From the NCBI GenBank assembly GCA_965197585.1, contig OZ240215.1, forward strand, positions 3,232,001 through 3,296,000: DNA of 64,000 nucleotides, given 5' to 3'. The DNA is from Dehalococcoidia bacterium. Lineage in GTDB: Bacteria > Chloroflexota > Dehalococcoidia > Plut-88900. How positions within the stretch are numbered: position 1 is the stretch's first letter; each line of letters opens with the position of its first letter. Below are positions 9,105 to 18,519 of this stretch, piece after piece. Below the pieces are notes generated by a model. The model ran no database searches, was not told the origin of the DNA, and saw nothing but the letters and a program-made list of their open reading frames with translations. Both the position numbers and the translations under genes were made by a program.

Positions 9105-10406
9105 ATGATGCGCTTGGAACTTGCCCGCCACCACGTCCACGAGATTCGCTTCTCCGATACGACCCATTTCTCCGACGGCGTCCTCCACGTATCCAAGGAT
9201 GCGATACGGGAGATTGTTACTAGCTCGGGCCCTTTCCAGGACGTGGAGTTGCATGTTGCTAAACCGGGAGACAAGACCCGCATAATCAACGTCTTGGACG
9301 CGGTGGAGCCGCGTCATAAGGCGTCGGGGTCGGGTACCGTGTTTCCCGGTATGGTCGGCGCCCCTGTCACGACGGGCGAGGGACTGGACCACGTTCTCGA
9401 AGGCATGGCGGTCATAACTGTCGGTGAGCCCGCCCCCGGCGAGTCCGTCCACTGGCGAGACAGCGTCGTCGACATGTGGGGCGCGGGCGCGCAATACACG
9501 CCGTTCTCCAAAACCATCAACCTCGTCGTCCATATTAAGGGGAAGAGTGAGTTCGATGCGGAGGAAGTGCAGAAGCAGGAGTGGCTGGATGCAATCGATG
9601 GCTCAGACTATTCCCGGGCCTACAACTTTGCAGCCCGCAGGGCCGGATTTAAAGTTGCCGACTTCCTCGCCTCCGCCGCCCGAGACTCAGTGCCTGACAT
9701 CAAGGAAGCCCTGGAGCTCCCTCCAGTGGCCGATGACCTGCCTCGCGTCTTCTATGTCTGTCAGCTTCACCGCGACAGGTGGCTCTACGCCGAGAGAATG
9801 GGCTGGCAGCCGACATTCGTACACCCCAACGAGATCTTCGATGGCGCCGTATTCAGCAGCTTCATGGGCCCCGCAGGGTCCCGGGACTGCAGCTACTTCT
9901 ACCAGAACAACCCGGTAATAAGACAACTCTACAGCCGTCACGGTGCCGACCTGAACTTCGCCGGGGTGCTCCTTTGGTTCTACGGCCCCATGAGTGTCGA
10001 TGAGAAAGACCGCATCGGCGGCTATGCCACCAAGCTGCTTCGGATGGTAAATGCCGATGGGGCAATCCTTACCTGGATCGGTGACGGACAGTCGGGAGTC
10101 GACGTCATGATGATGTGCCAGAAATTTGAGCGGGCGGGGATACACACCACCGTCCTCAGCCCCGAGATGGCTCTCACCGCTGACGACCCAGGCTTCGTCC
10201 ACTACGTGGAGGAAGCCGACGCCCTCGTCAGCACCGGCAACTACGAAATGAACCTGGACATGCAGCCTCCGGACCGGGTCCTGGGCGGTACCCACCTTGA
10301 AGTTCGCCCCATCGACGCTGCGGGCCCCTTGTCCCTTCCCCTCAGGTTCATCTACGGTGCTGTAAACCCTGCCGGTTTCAACCGTCTGGCGGGCGTCGGT
10401 TTCTAG
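9105..10406 (+). CDS. GrdE/GrdI-family reductase protein B subunit, copy 2
   Basis: DAVEPRHK, VDMWGAGAQYTPFSKTINLV, QNNPVIRQLYSRHG and ADALVSTGN; start at ATG 9105 or 9108. Confidence 0.85.
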   Translation: MMRLELARHHVHEIRFSDTTHFSDGVLHVSKDAIREIVTSSGPFQDVELHVAKPGDKTRIINVLDAVEPRHKASGSGTVFPGMVGAPVTTGEGLDHVLEGMAVITVGEPAPGESVHWRDSVVDMWGAGAQYTPFSKTINLVVHIKGKSEFDAEEVQKQEWLDAIDGSDYSRAYNFAARRAGFKVADFLASAARDSVPDIKEALELPPVADDLPRVFYVCQLHRDRWLYAERMGWQPTFVHPNEIFDGAVFSSFMGPAGSRDCSYFYQNNPVIRQLYSRHGADLNFAGVLLWFYGPMSVDEKDRIGGYATKLLRMVNADGAILTWIGDGQSGVDVMMMCQKFERAGIHTTVLSPEMALTADDPGFVHYVEEADALVSTGNYEMNLDMQPPDRVLGGTHLEVRPIDAAGPLSLPLRFIYGAVNPAGFNRLAGVGF

Positions 10407-10436
10407 CCGGATTCCCTTTTCTCCTCGTGACTCATT

Positions 10437-10465
10437 TTGACGCATTTCTGTATTTACGCTAACCT
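10437..10465 (+). promoter_or_regulatory. Putative sigma70 promoter of the TA module
   Basis: TTGACG-17 bp-TAACCT upstream of the GAGGAG RBS of the antitoxin. Confidence 0.5.
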
Positions 10466-10494
10466 ACTGTCTCAGTAAGTGATATTGAGGAGAC

Positions 10495-10803
10495 ATGGCA
10501 ATGGCAGATAATAAGAAACGTCTCACATTGGACTTGGATGCCCCTCTCCAGCGTCGTCTGAAAGCCGTGGCCGCACTAAAAGGCGTGAGCATGAGGCAGT
10601 ACTGCCAATCCGCCATTGAAAAGGAACTGGATAGAGATGGCATCAACGGCACTGCTAACCACTCACCAAAGCGCGTTACCGTGGATGACTTGAGGGCACT
10701 CCACAAGAAAATATTTGGGGATAGGGTTTTGCCTGGCAATTCTGTTGACATTATCCGAGAAGAACGTGAGAAGCGAGACGAGCAACTGTGGAACAGCAGG
10801 TAG
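10495..10803 (+). CDS. Ribbon-helix-helix antitoxin (VapB-like)
   Basis: KRLTLDLDAPLQRRLKAVAALKGVSM RHH pattern, SVDIIREER tail, overlaps a PIN gene. Confidence 0.75.
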   Translation: MAMADNKKRLTLDLDAPLQRRLKAVAALKGVSMRQYCQSAIEKELDRDGINGTANHSPKRVTVDDLRALHKKIFGDRVLPGNSVDIIREEREKRDEQLWNSR

Positions 10804-11237
10804 AAGCCTTTGTTGTGGTGGATGCCGGTTTAGTTTTCAAGTGGCTGATCGTGGAAGAAGACACTGAGAAGGCAATCTCTGCGCTCCAGTTATGGGAAAA
10901 TGATGGAATTAGGCTATCTGCGCCTTACTTTATGCTAGCTGAGGTTACTAATGCACTCCATCGTCATGTGAGGAGAGGCGAGCTAACCATTCATGCAGCG
11001 CTGGATCTGCTGGACTACTTAATGACCTTGGGAATTGAGCTTCACGAATCTCCCCGCCTCCACCACCGTGCCTTGGAGCTCGCCTCCCAGCTCCAACAAG
11101 GCGCAGCCTACGACTCCCACTATCTCGCCCTCGCCGAAGCCTTGGACTGCGAGCTCTGGACTGCCGACCAAAGATTCCACCGTGTGGCTGGGTCCCTCGC
11201 CCCGAACATGCACTGGCTAGGTGAGCTAGTAATTTGA
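10788..11237 (+). CDS. vapC: PIN-domain toxin
   Basis: VVVDA, EVTNAL, YDSHYLALA and LWTAD PIN acidic residues. Confidence 0.88.
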   Translation: MEQQVEAFVVVDAGLVFKWLIVEEDTEKAISALQLWENDGIRLSAPYFMLAEVTNALHRHVRRGELTIHAALDLLDYLMTLGIELHESPRLHHRALELASQLQQGAAYDSHYLALAEALDCELWTADQRFHRVAGSLAPNMHWLGELVI

Positions 11238-12529
11238 AACTCGAACTCCATACCTTCGAAGTCGATGACGTCCAGTTCTCTTCCGAGACGCGCCTTTCCG
11301 GCCGAACGCTGAATGTCGACCGTCAGGCAATCCTCGACATGGTGTCGGAAGATGGCCATTTCAGCGAGGTCGAGGTCCGTCTGGTTCGCCCCGGAGAAGA
11401 CACCCGCCTCATCAACGTTCTGGACGTTGTGGAGCCCCGGCATAAGGTGTCGGGGCCGGGGGGTATGTTCCCCGGTTTGCTGGGCCCGGCGGTCGGCGTG
11501 GGGGCCGGTCGGACCGACCGCCTCACGAACCCGGTTGTCGCCTTGTGCAGCGAACCTATGACCGACGAACCGGTCTACTGGCGAGACTCGATAATGGACA
11601 TGACCGGCCCCGCGGCCCGGTACAACCTCTTTCGGGACAACCACGTCCTCGTTCTGGCATTGAAACCGCGGCTCTTGGACGAGACCGCAGACCGAGGCGC
11701 CTCCGCCCTCACTAACCACGCATACGGTGCCGGGCACGTGCAGGACTACAATCATGCTGCGAGAATGGCCGGTCTCAGAGTGGCCGAATACCTATCGCGC
11801 TCCGCTCAGAGTGCGGCCGCGGATAGCGTCGATGTTTATGAGCTTGGTGATGCCAGGCCCGGGCTCCCCAGGGTCTATTTTGCCTGTCAGCTCGTACTTC
11901 ACAGGGTATACGGTGAATTGCTAGGCTGGCAGCCGACTCTCCTGCACCCCAACGAGCTTTTCGATGGCGCAGTCTTCAATCCCTACAACCCACCGGCCTG
12001 CGGCAGGGAGACCACCTATTGGCTGCAGAACCATCCCGTGGTTCAGCAGCTGTACGCATTACACAACCGGGAAATCGACTTTGGCGGTGTCCTGCTTCAG
12101 CGGGCACAGGTTATGAGCCAGGACGACAAGGACCGCACTACGGACTACTCCGTGAAGCTGCTGGGTATGGGAGGAGCAGATGGGCTTGTGCTCACCTGGT
12201 CGGGTTCCGGGAACCCGGGTGTCGATACCATGATGCTTGCCGCCAAGGCAGAAAAGGCGGGAATCAAGTCGACGGTCGTGAACTCGGAGATGTCCAAGTA
12301 CGCCGGAGACACGGGTATTACCTACTTCCCCCCCGAAGCCGACGCCGTGGTCTGCGCCGGCAACTACGAGGAAGAAACCGACCTGCCTCGGATGGAAACG
12401 GTCTTGGGCGGCACGATGCTGGGCAATCCGGAGATCGACGCTAGAGGACCCATGTCCCTCCCCCTGCGCTACCTCCTCGGCTCCACCAACGTCACCGGCG
12501 CCAACCGCCTCTCCAGCGTTTCTTACTGA
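11234..12529 (+). CDS. GrdE/GrdI-family reductase protein B subunit, copy 3
   Basis: DVVEPRHK, PTLLHPNELFDGAV, QNHPVV and ADAVVCAGN; TTG start overlaps the vapC stop (TTGA). Confidence 0.85.
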   Translation: MKLELHTFEVDDVQFSSETRLSGRTLNVDRQAILDMVSEDGHFSEVEVRLVRPGEDTRLINVLDVVEPRHKVSGPGGMFPGLLGPAVGVGAGRTDRLTNPVVALCSEPMTDEPVYWRDSIMDMTGPAARYNLFRDNHVLVLALKPRLLDETADRGASALTNHAYGAGHVQDYNHAARMAGLRVAEYLSRSAQSAAADSVDVYELGDARPGLPRVYFACQLVLHRVYGELLGWQPTLLHPNELFDGAVFNPYNPPACGRETTYWLQNHPVVQQLYALHNREIDFGGVLLQRAQVMSQDDKDRTTDYSVKLLGMGGADGLVLTWSGSGNPGVDTMMLAAKAEKAGIKSTVVNSEMSKYAGDTGITYFPPEADAVVCAGNYEEETDLPRMETVLGGTMLGNPEIDARGPMSLPLRYLLGSTNVTGANRLSSVSY

Positions 12530-12556
12530 GAGCAGTTAGGGAAGAGAAGATTTCTG

Positions 12557-13234
12557 CTACTCATTCAGTAGTTCGGGATGGAGCACCGTCCTGAACGTCA
12601 GTGACAATCGGCGGTTCCGGTCTCGTCTCCCCCATGGTGCTTGCTCGCTCTTTCGCGGAGCAATGCCATGTTGCCACACATGACGAGCATCGGCAGTCAT
12701 TAGAACGCAGGAACCCCGTTGTAACAGGGCGGGGGATTTGTCCTTCCAATTCTTTGAAAAGTCCATCTCCCAGTCATCCAGCAACGATATTGTGCAGACT
12801 GTCGGCCCAAAACCGTGATGGTCTGTATGTGTCGCTATGCCCTGCCCTGGCTTGTATTCATTTACGATGACCTGCTCGGGCACCCGCTTGAATAACCCCG
12901 TTTCGTCATACAATTTCTTGGACAGTCGGGCTAGCCAATCGGGAAGCGGGCCAACATGCATATCTGGAGTGATAGAACGCGCTTTGTAATCGTAAAGCCA
13001 GCCGTAGTGCTGCACCCGGCGCCGCAAGTCTTCTCGCCACATTTCCTTAGCGGCATCAACCTGCTTCACACACGCGGCCTGTTCTTCAGGCGTTAAAAAT
13101 CCATGCCATATTTTCAAACCAGGGATCATATTCACGTCCTGCAACCCAGACAGACTACTAACCTCAAAGTTAATATGACGAGGAGTCACTGGGGGAATAA
13201 TGGCAATATCGGGAAAAGACATTTGAAGCGACAT
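12557..13234 (-). CDS. AlkB-like 2OG-Fe(II) dioxygenase
   Basis: RRVQHYGW, VNEYKPGQGIATHTD (HxD), WQHGI and RLSLTFR motifs. Confidence 0.88.
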   Translation of the reverse strand: MSLQMSFPDIAIIPPVTPRHINFEVSSLSGLQDVNMIPGLKIWHGFLTPEEQAACVKQVDAAKEMWREDLRRRVQHYGWLYDYKARSITPDMHVGPLPDWLARLSKKLYDETGLFKRVPEQVIVNEYKPGQGIATHTDHHGFGPTVCTISLLDDWEMDFSKNWKDKSPALLQRGSCVLMTADARHVWQHGIAPRKSEQAPWGRRDRNRRLSLTFRTVLHPELLNE

Positions 13235-13251
13235 CTTGGTAACTCCCAGAT

Positions 13252-14013
13252 TTACTTAGAATATAGTGAAGCGATTCTCAAAGACGTTCCACACTTACTT
13301 TTCATAGATATACCAAAACTCTTCAATTTTTCCCGAAAGAGATCCCAGGCTGCATCAAACTGGCAGGACCAACTGCCCGTGCTGGCATCGACAGCCACCA
13401 AGTTGCACAAAGGTAAACCACCTAGCATATTATACGCTTGGGCTACGATCTGTGCGAATTCATAGATGGCCTCATCGGCATTATCTTGCCCATATACTTG
13501 TACCAACACATGGCCAAAGGTGATGGTGTAACTTGTACCATCTGCGTGATTTTCCTTCAACTTGACCAATAAGGCATCCATATCTTGATAATATTGCAGA
13601 TCAGGGTAGCCAGGTATCTTATCCGATAATCTGTTCCTTATTTTACAAGCGAGACACAACATCGCTGGGCTATGGTCCAAGCCGTACAGGCTGATACGAC
13701 TAAGTTCGACTCCTTTCTCAGTTGCCCAGTCAACAAATGCCCATGAGAATGGTCCTGCTCCACAACCGATGTCGATATGAGCTATTCGCCCTCCAACCTC
13801 GGCTAAGTTAGCTAGCATCTTCCTATAGATGTCATACCGATAATCTGATTGAGTATTAAGTTCCTTGCCAAGATATGCATCGGTATATTGAATTACATTT
13901 ACGAATGTAGCGTTCTTACTTATTTGATGTGAAGGCTTATGTGAGAGTGCCTCTATGCACCGCTCCTCCATAATCTCTCGTATGATAGTCTGATAGTGAT
14001 CCTTGACCGACAT
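13252..14013 (-). CDS. Class I SAM-dependent methyltransferase-like protein, AT-rich
   Basis: HIDIGCGAGP motif I and YGLDHSPAM motif II; GGAGG RBS. Confidence 0.65.
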   Translation of the reverse strand: MSVKDHYQTIIREIMEERCIEALSHKPSHQISKNATFVNVIQYTDAYLGKELNTQSDYRYDIYRKMLANLAEVGGRIAHIDIGCGAGPFSWAFVDWATEKGVELSRISLYGLDHSPAMLCLACKIRNRLSDKIPGYPDLQYYQDMDALLVKLKENHADGTSYTITFGHVLVQVYGQDNADEAIYEFAQIVAQAYNMLGGLPLCNLVAVDASTGSWSCQFDAAWDLFREKLKSFGISMKSKCGTSLRIASLYSK

Positions 14014-14295
14014 GCTGAAATAGCCTCCAATCTTCTTTTCTGAATACAGGATAAGGCACTATCCCCTTGATCGCTACTAAGAAACCGGCCTTATGTTACT
14101 GAAGGCATGATGTGTGGTAGCACCCCCCTGTGACATCAGCTTCTTGCCCCTCCCCACCCCACCCCCTCCATAATGGCCCATCCCATACAAGCCGTATGCT
14201 CCATCAGTTGGGTTGTCCCACGCAGTGTGCCCAACGCCCTGAACATGTGATTTTTCTTGACATACTGGTAGGGTTTTGGTAACTTATTGGCGATG

Positions 14296-14337
14296 AAAAT
14301 CCCCTGAGAGCTCCCGTGCTTCAAGGGGTTTTTTGTT
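14296..14337 (+). terminator. Terminator-like hairpin upstream of FBP aldolase/phosphatase
   Basis: AAAATCCCCTGAGAGC...GCTTCAAGGGGTTTTTT imperfect stem with T tract. Confidence 0.45.
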
Positions 14338-14428
14338 GTTGGCGGCAGTCTATTTTTCATTGGGACGCGGCTTGCCGCCGGAGAATTTATGAAGGCTCAC
14401 CATTGACGGTCGGGAAGGCTGGCGCACC

Positions 14429-15607
14429 ATGAAACTCACCCTTTCGGTTATTAAGGCGGACGTAGGCTCCATCGGCGGGCACACCAAACCCTCGGAACGC
14501 ATGATGGAAGCGGTCCGCTCAGACGTACGGCAGGCCAGGAGCAAGGGCCTCATTATTGATGGATTCGTCTCCCACACGGGAGACGATATCGCGATAATTA
14601 TGACCCACACCCGAGGCACAGACGACACGGACGTCCACCAGTTCGCGTGGGACAGCTTTATCGGTGCGACCGGGATAGCTCAGGAAACGGGCCTGTACGG
14701 TGCTGGACAAGACCTGCTGGTCGACGCCCCGTCCGGCAATGTCCGGGGCGCGGGCCCCGCCGTAGCCGAGATGGAGATCAACCACGAGCCCGTCAAGTCC
14801 AACAAGGTCCGCCCCGCCGAGTCCTTCTGTGTCTTTACCGCCGACAAGTGCGGCCCCGGCGCATACAACCTCCCCATCTTCCTCGCCTTCGCCGATCCTA
14901 TGTACTGCGCAGGTCTCATGCTCCCCAAGTTGATCGGGGGCTTCAAATTCCGAATAATCGACATGGAGAACGTCGGTGGCGACAGCGTCATTGAGCTGAA
15001 CGCTCCCGAGGACTATTACAAAATTGCCATCCTCCTGCGGGACAACGAGCGCTTCGCCATCGAATCGATTTCCTCCAGGACCTTCGGCGAGCCCGCGGTC
15101 GCTATTTCGGCGCAGAGACTCCACAATATCGCCGGCACCTACACCGGTAAAGACGATCCCGTGGCCCTGGTTAGGAACCAGGGCATCTTCCCCGCCCCCG
15201 AGGAGATACTGTCCCCCTTCGCAAAGGCCCACTACGTCGGCGGAGACGCCCGCGGCTCCCACGTCATGCCTCTCATGCCCGTGGCCCTCAACACCGCCGT
15301 TACCGGTATATACTGCCTTCCCCTGATCGCCTGTGTTGGCTTCTCAGTTGATGCCGCAGGACACTTCTCGGAGTCTTGGATTGACATGTTCGACAACGTG
15401 GCATGGGACTCGGTCAGGTACAAGGCACAGGAAAAGGCGATGGAAATGCGCTCCCAGGGCTGGTCCGGCGCAGCGATGCTTCCCTACACCGAGTTGGAGT
15501 ACAGCGGCTTCCGGAACGTGGTGGAAGACCTGATTAGCAGGTTCGCCATCCAGAACGGCCAGAAGTCCGTCGAGGAAACGGCTGCCACTATGAAATCGGT
15601 GGGCTAG
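14429..15607 (+). CDS. Bifunctional fructose-1,6-bisphosphate aldolase/phosphatase (class V FBPase)
   Basis: TLSVIKADVGSIGGH, GDD, GLYGAGQDLL, ADKCGPGA and YTGKDDPV (Schiff-base Lys). Confidence 0.93.
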   Translation: MKLTLSVIKADVGSIGGHTKPSERMMEAVRSDVRQARSKGLIIDGFVSHTGDDIAIIMTHTRGTDDTDVHQFAWDSFIGATGIAQETGLYGAGQDLLVDAPSGNVRGAGPAVAEMEINHEPVKSNKVRPAESFCVFTADKCGPGAYNLPIFLAFADPMYCAGLMLPKLIGGFKFRIIDMENVGGDSVIELNAPEDYYKIAILLRDNERFAIESISSRTFGEPAVAISAQRLHNIAGTYTGKDDPVALVRNQGIFPAPEEILSPFAKAHYVGGDARGSHVMPLMPVALNTAVTGIYCLPLIACVGFSVDAAGHFSESWIDMFDNVAWDSVRYKAQEKAMEMRSQGWSGAAMLPYTELEYSGFRNVVEDLISRFAIQNGQKSVEETAATMKSVG

Positions 15608-15656
15608 CCCTTCCCCCTGAGACCCGGTCATCAAACCGCCGGACAGCTCCCGTAGG

Positions 15657-16253
15657 TTGCTCTTAGCCACCTCGAACCGAGGCAAGGTTCGTGAGTTGCG
15701 GAAATTGCTTGCCGGATCAGGACTTACCTTGGTTACCCCCTCGGATCTGGGTATTTCACTGGATGTCGAGGAGACCGGCGACACCTACGAAGAGAATGCC
15801 GCCATCAAGGCCAGGGCCTTCGCGTCTGCATCGGGACTCTTGACCTTGGCCGACGACTCAGGCTTGGAAGTCGACGCCCTTGGCGGAGCCCCCGGGGTAC
15901 GGTCTGCCCGCTATTCAACCACCGGCTCCGATGGCGATAACGTAGACCTCCTCTTGAATAACCTGAGCGGCGTTCCGGACGATCTCCGCACTGCCCGGTT
16001 CGTCTGTGTGGTGGCTATCGCCGGTCCGTCAGAGGAAATTGAGTTCCGCCGAGGCGAATGCGAAGGCTCAATAACGAGGGAAAGGCGAGGTGAGGATGGA
16101 TTCGGATATGACCCCGTTTTCCTGCTTACCGGCCGGGACGTGACTATGGCGCAACTACCGATGGAAGAGAAGAACCGCATCAGCCATCGCGCCCGAGCAG
16201 TGAGGAAGGCCATTCCCCTGATCAAGCGCCGGCTAGGAGAGACGGGACTTTAA
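15657..16253 (+). CDS. rdgB: Non-canonical purine NTP pyrophosphatase (Ham1 family)
   Basis: ATSNRGKVRE, ADDSGLEVDALGGAPGVRSARY, GFGYDPVF and SHRARA. Confidence 0.93.
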   Translation: MLLATSNRGKVRELRKLLAGSGLTLVTPSDLGISLDVEETGDTYEENAAIKARAFASASGLLTLADDSGLEVDALGGAPGVRSARYSTTGSDGDNVDLLLNNLSGVPDDLRTARFVCVVAIAGPSEEIEFRRGECEGSITRERRGEDGFGYDPVFLLTGRDVTMAQLPMEEKNRISHRARAVRKAIPLIKRRLGETGL

Positions 16254-16272
16254 CAGGTAGGAAGAGAGGATC

Positions 16273-16749
16273 ATGGAAGGACTGAGCCACGTCGACGAAC
16301 AGGGCCGCGCCAGGATGGTGGACGTAAGCGCCAAGGCGGACACGGAACGCGAAGCCGTGGCCCGTGGCCTCGTCCTAATGAAACCCGAAACACTTAAGCT
16401 CGTCTCCGAAGGCGGAATCTCCAAGGGCGAGGTCCTTTCCGTGGCCCGGGTCGCAGGGATCATGGCGGCCAAACATACTCCCAGCTTGGTGCCCATGTGC
16501 CACCCTCTTCTGCTTACCCACGTAGAGGTTGACCTCCGCCTCGACACCGATATCAGCGCCATCGAGATCACTGCTACTGTCAGGACCACGGGCAAGACGG
16601 GCGTCGAGATGGAGGCCCTGACCGCCGTCACGGGCAGCGCCCTCACCATCTACGACATGTGCAAGGCCGTCGACAAGGCCATGCGAATCGAGAAAGTGAG
16701 GCTCGTGCGCAAAACTGGAGGCAAATCGGGGGACATAATTCTGGAGTGA
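16273..16749 (+). CDS. moaC: Cyclic pyranopterin monophosphate synthase
   Basis: [33 protein letters not shown] and KTGGKSG. Confidence 0.95.
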   Translation: MEGLSHVDEQGRARMVDVSAKADTEREAVARGLVLMKPETLKLVSEGGISKGEVLSVARVAGIMAAKHTPSLVPMCHPLLLTHVEVDLRLDTDISAIEITATVRTTGKTGVEMEALTAVTGSALTIYDMCKAVDKAMRIEKVRLVRKTGGKSGDIILE

Positions 16750-16893
16750 CGCCTCTCCTATCCTTTGGGTTCCTCGAACGATATACTAAATAGAGAACTG
16801 ATAGGCGCGCTCCGAACGATGCTGGCTGAAGACTAGGCTCACCAGGCGACTTCTCGGTCTGCAAGCCCCGATTATTAGACGGGAATAACCCTC

Positions 16894-18498
16894 ATGAAAC
16901 TACATTTCGGCAAGACGATATGGTCTCTTCTAATTGTCCTGGTAATGATAGGGGTTGGGTTGGCCGTGGCCTGTGGCGGAGAGGACACCCCACCCCCCAC
17001 CGACACATCGGTTCCACCAACCGACGTCCCCACGGCCAACCAGGACCCGGAGGCCGACTTCGTATGGCACCCCGACATGGTTCCCGCGGGGGACAACTAC
17101 CAGACTCCCTATAAGTTCTTGGCTATGGCTTCGGACCCCGATGGCGATGAACTCACCTACGAATGGGCCTTCACCGGGGGACGGCCTTCCACGGCGACAG
17201 GGGAAGAGGCGACTACTTACTTCCCCGGTATCGCCGACTATGAGGTGACCTTGACGGTGACCGACGGTCGGGGCGGCGAAGCGGTCGTGACTCACATCGT
17301 GCCTCTCCTCAGGGGTGGCGAGCTTCCCACCCCTCTCCCCATCCCCCCTACTCCCGACCCCAACGTATTGACCAAGTATACGTGGGAATACCTGGAAGTC
17401 GGAGCAGGAGCCAAGCCTGCTCTCGCCTTGAACAGTGAGGGTATCCCGGGCGTCGCCTACATTGAGGAGGAGATCCACGGCGTCATAAGGTACGGTCAGT
17501 GGTGGCCGACCGACGAATGGAATCCTGAGTTCTTCGGCTCGTCCATCGTCGCTGAGGGCTACTTCTATGCCCCTCTCGACTTGGCCTACGGCCCGGACGA
17601 CGCCCCGTACATCACGTGGCACGACCACCAGGACCCCGATAACTTCGTCCCGGAGCTTGGGGATGCTGCCTACGGTTTCTACAAAGACTTCGAATGGGAA
17701 GTCGGGTACGCGTACAGTAGGGGACACGATGGCTGGGACAACTCCATTGCCGTGGACTCCCAGGGCAACGTGCACATGGTCGCCATTGACCCCTACAATT
17801 TCAACAGGACGGAAGGGGTCGAGTACTATTTCTACGATGGGGAAGAGTGGGCCATCGAGTCCATAGGTTCCCCTCCCGTCCCCTACGAGTGGGGAACCGG
17901 CCTCGTCCTCGACTCCCACGACAGCCCCCACGTAACCTTCCACGAGCCTTATGAGGGCGACCTGTTCTACGCCACCAAGGGCGATGAGGGCTGGACCATC
18001 CACACCGTCGAGAGTGAAGGCGACGTCGGCAAGTACGCCTCCCTGGCCCTCGATAGGAACGACATGCCCGTCATTTCCTATATGGAGCTCACCGGCCCCG
18101 AAAAGGGAATAAGCAGTGGTATCATCAAAGTAGCCAGGGCCACCGAGATTACTGACTCGGGCCCCGTGTGGGAGATTGACGAGATCGGTGAGGTGGACGA
18201 CCTGTTCATGGGCTTCCGAGGCGCTCGGCTGATCACTTCCTTGGTCATTGACTCCGCCAACAAACCCATCGTCGCCTACTCTGACCAGAGCACCATATAC
18301 GTTGCCTACCAGGAAGGCGCCACGTGGCAGAACGAGGTAGTCCGCTACCGCGGGGAGTTGCCCTTCGGACAGTTGGTCAGCCTGGCCATCGGCGCTGATG
18401 ACACGCTTCATCTGGCCTTCACAGAGGTATCCAGAAGAGATTTTCCGGGCGTGTTCGGCACCGTCATGTACGGACGGGGCACGCCCCAGGAGTTCTGA
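16894..18498 (+). CDS. Acidic lipoprotein with PKD domain and beta-propeller-like repeats
   Basis: Lipobox LAVAC, Pro/Thr linker, SDPDGDELTYEW...VTLTVTDGRG PKD motif, and repeated S(I/L)A(L/V)D..G.PH units. Confidence 0.75.
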   Translation: MKLHFGKTIWSLLIVLVMIGVGLAVACGGEDTPPPTDTSVPPTDVPTANQDPEADFVWHPDMVPAGDNYQTPYKFLAMASDPDGDELTYEWAFTGGRPSTATGEEATTYFPGIADYEVTLTVTDGRGGEAVVTHIVPLLRGGELPTPLPIPPTPDPNVLTKYTWEYLEVGAGAKPALALNSEGIPGVAYIEEEIHGVIRYGQWWPTDEWNPEFFGSSIVAEGYFYAPLDLAYGPDDAPYITWHDHQDPDNFVPELGDAAYGFYKDFEWEVGYAYSRGHDGWDNSIAVDSQGNVHMVAIDPYNFNRTEGVEYYFYDGEEWAIESIGSPPVPYEWGTGLVLDSHDSPHVTFHEPYEGDLFYATKGDEGWTIHTVESEGDVGKYASLALDRNDMPVISYMELTGPEKGISSGIIKVARATEITDSGPVWEIDEIGEVDDLFMGFRGARLITSLVIDSANKPIVAYSDQSTIYVAYQEGATWQNEVVRYRGELPFGQLVSLAIGADDTLHLAFTEVSRRDFPGVFGTVMYGRGTPQEF

Positions 18499-18519
18499 CC
18501 GGCCTCAGGCCGGTAGGCG

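Noticed and set aside
7811-12529. Selenocysteine read-through in or near the grd-like genes
   Set aside because: These ORFs have no internal TGA and no GrdA/GrdB-like frame was seen nearby
14136-14360. 74-aa and 92-aa ORFs near the islet boundary
   Set aside because: No motifs; they overlap a hairpin/promoter region or lie antisense to the FBP aldolase/phosphatase gene
16930-18411. 493-aa antisense ORF; likewise 60458-62227, 7829-8890 and 23516-24442
   Set aside because: Shadow frames opposite well-supported genes, as expected from GC-rich codon bias
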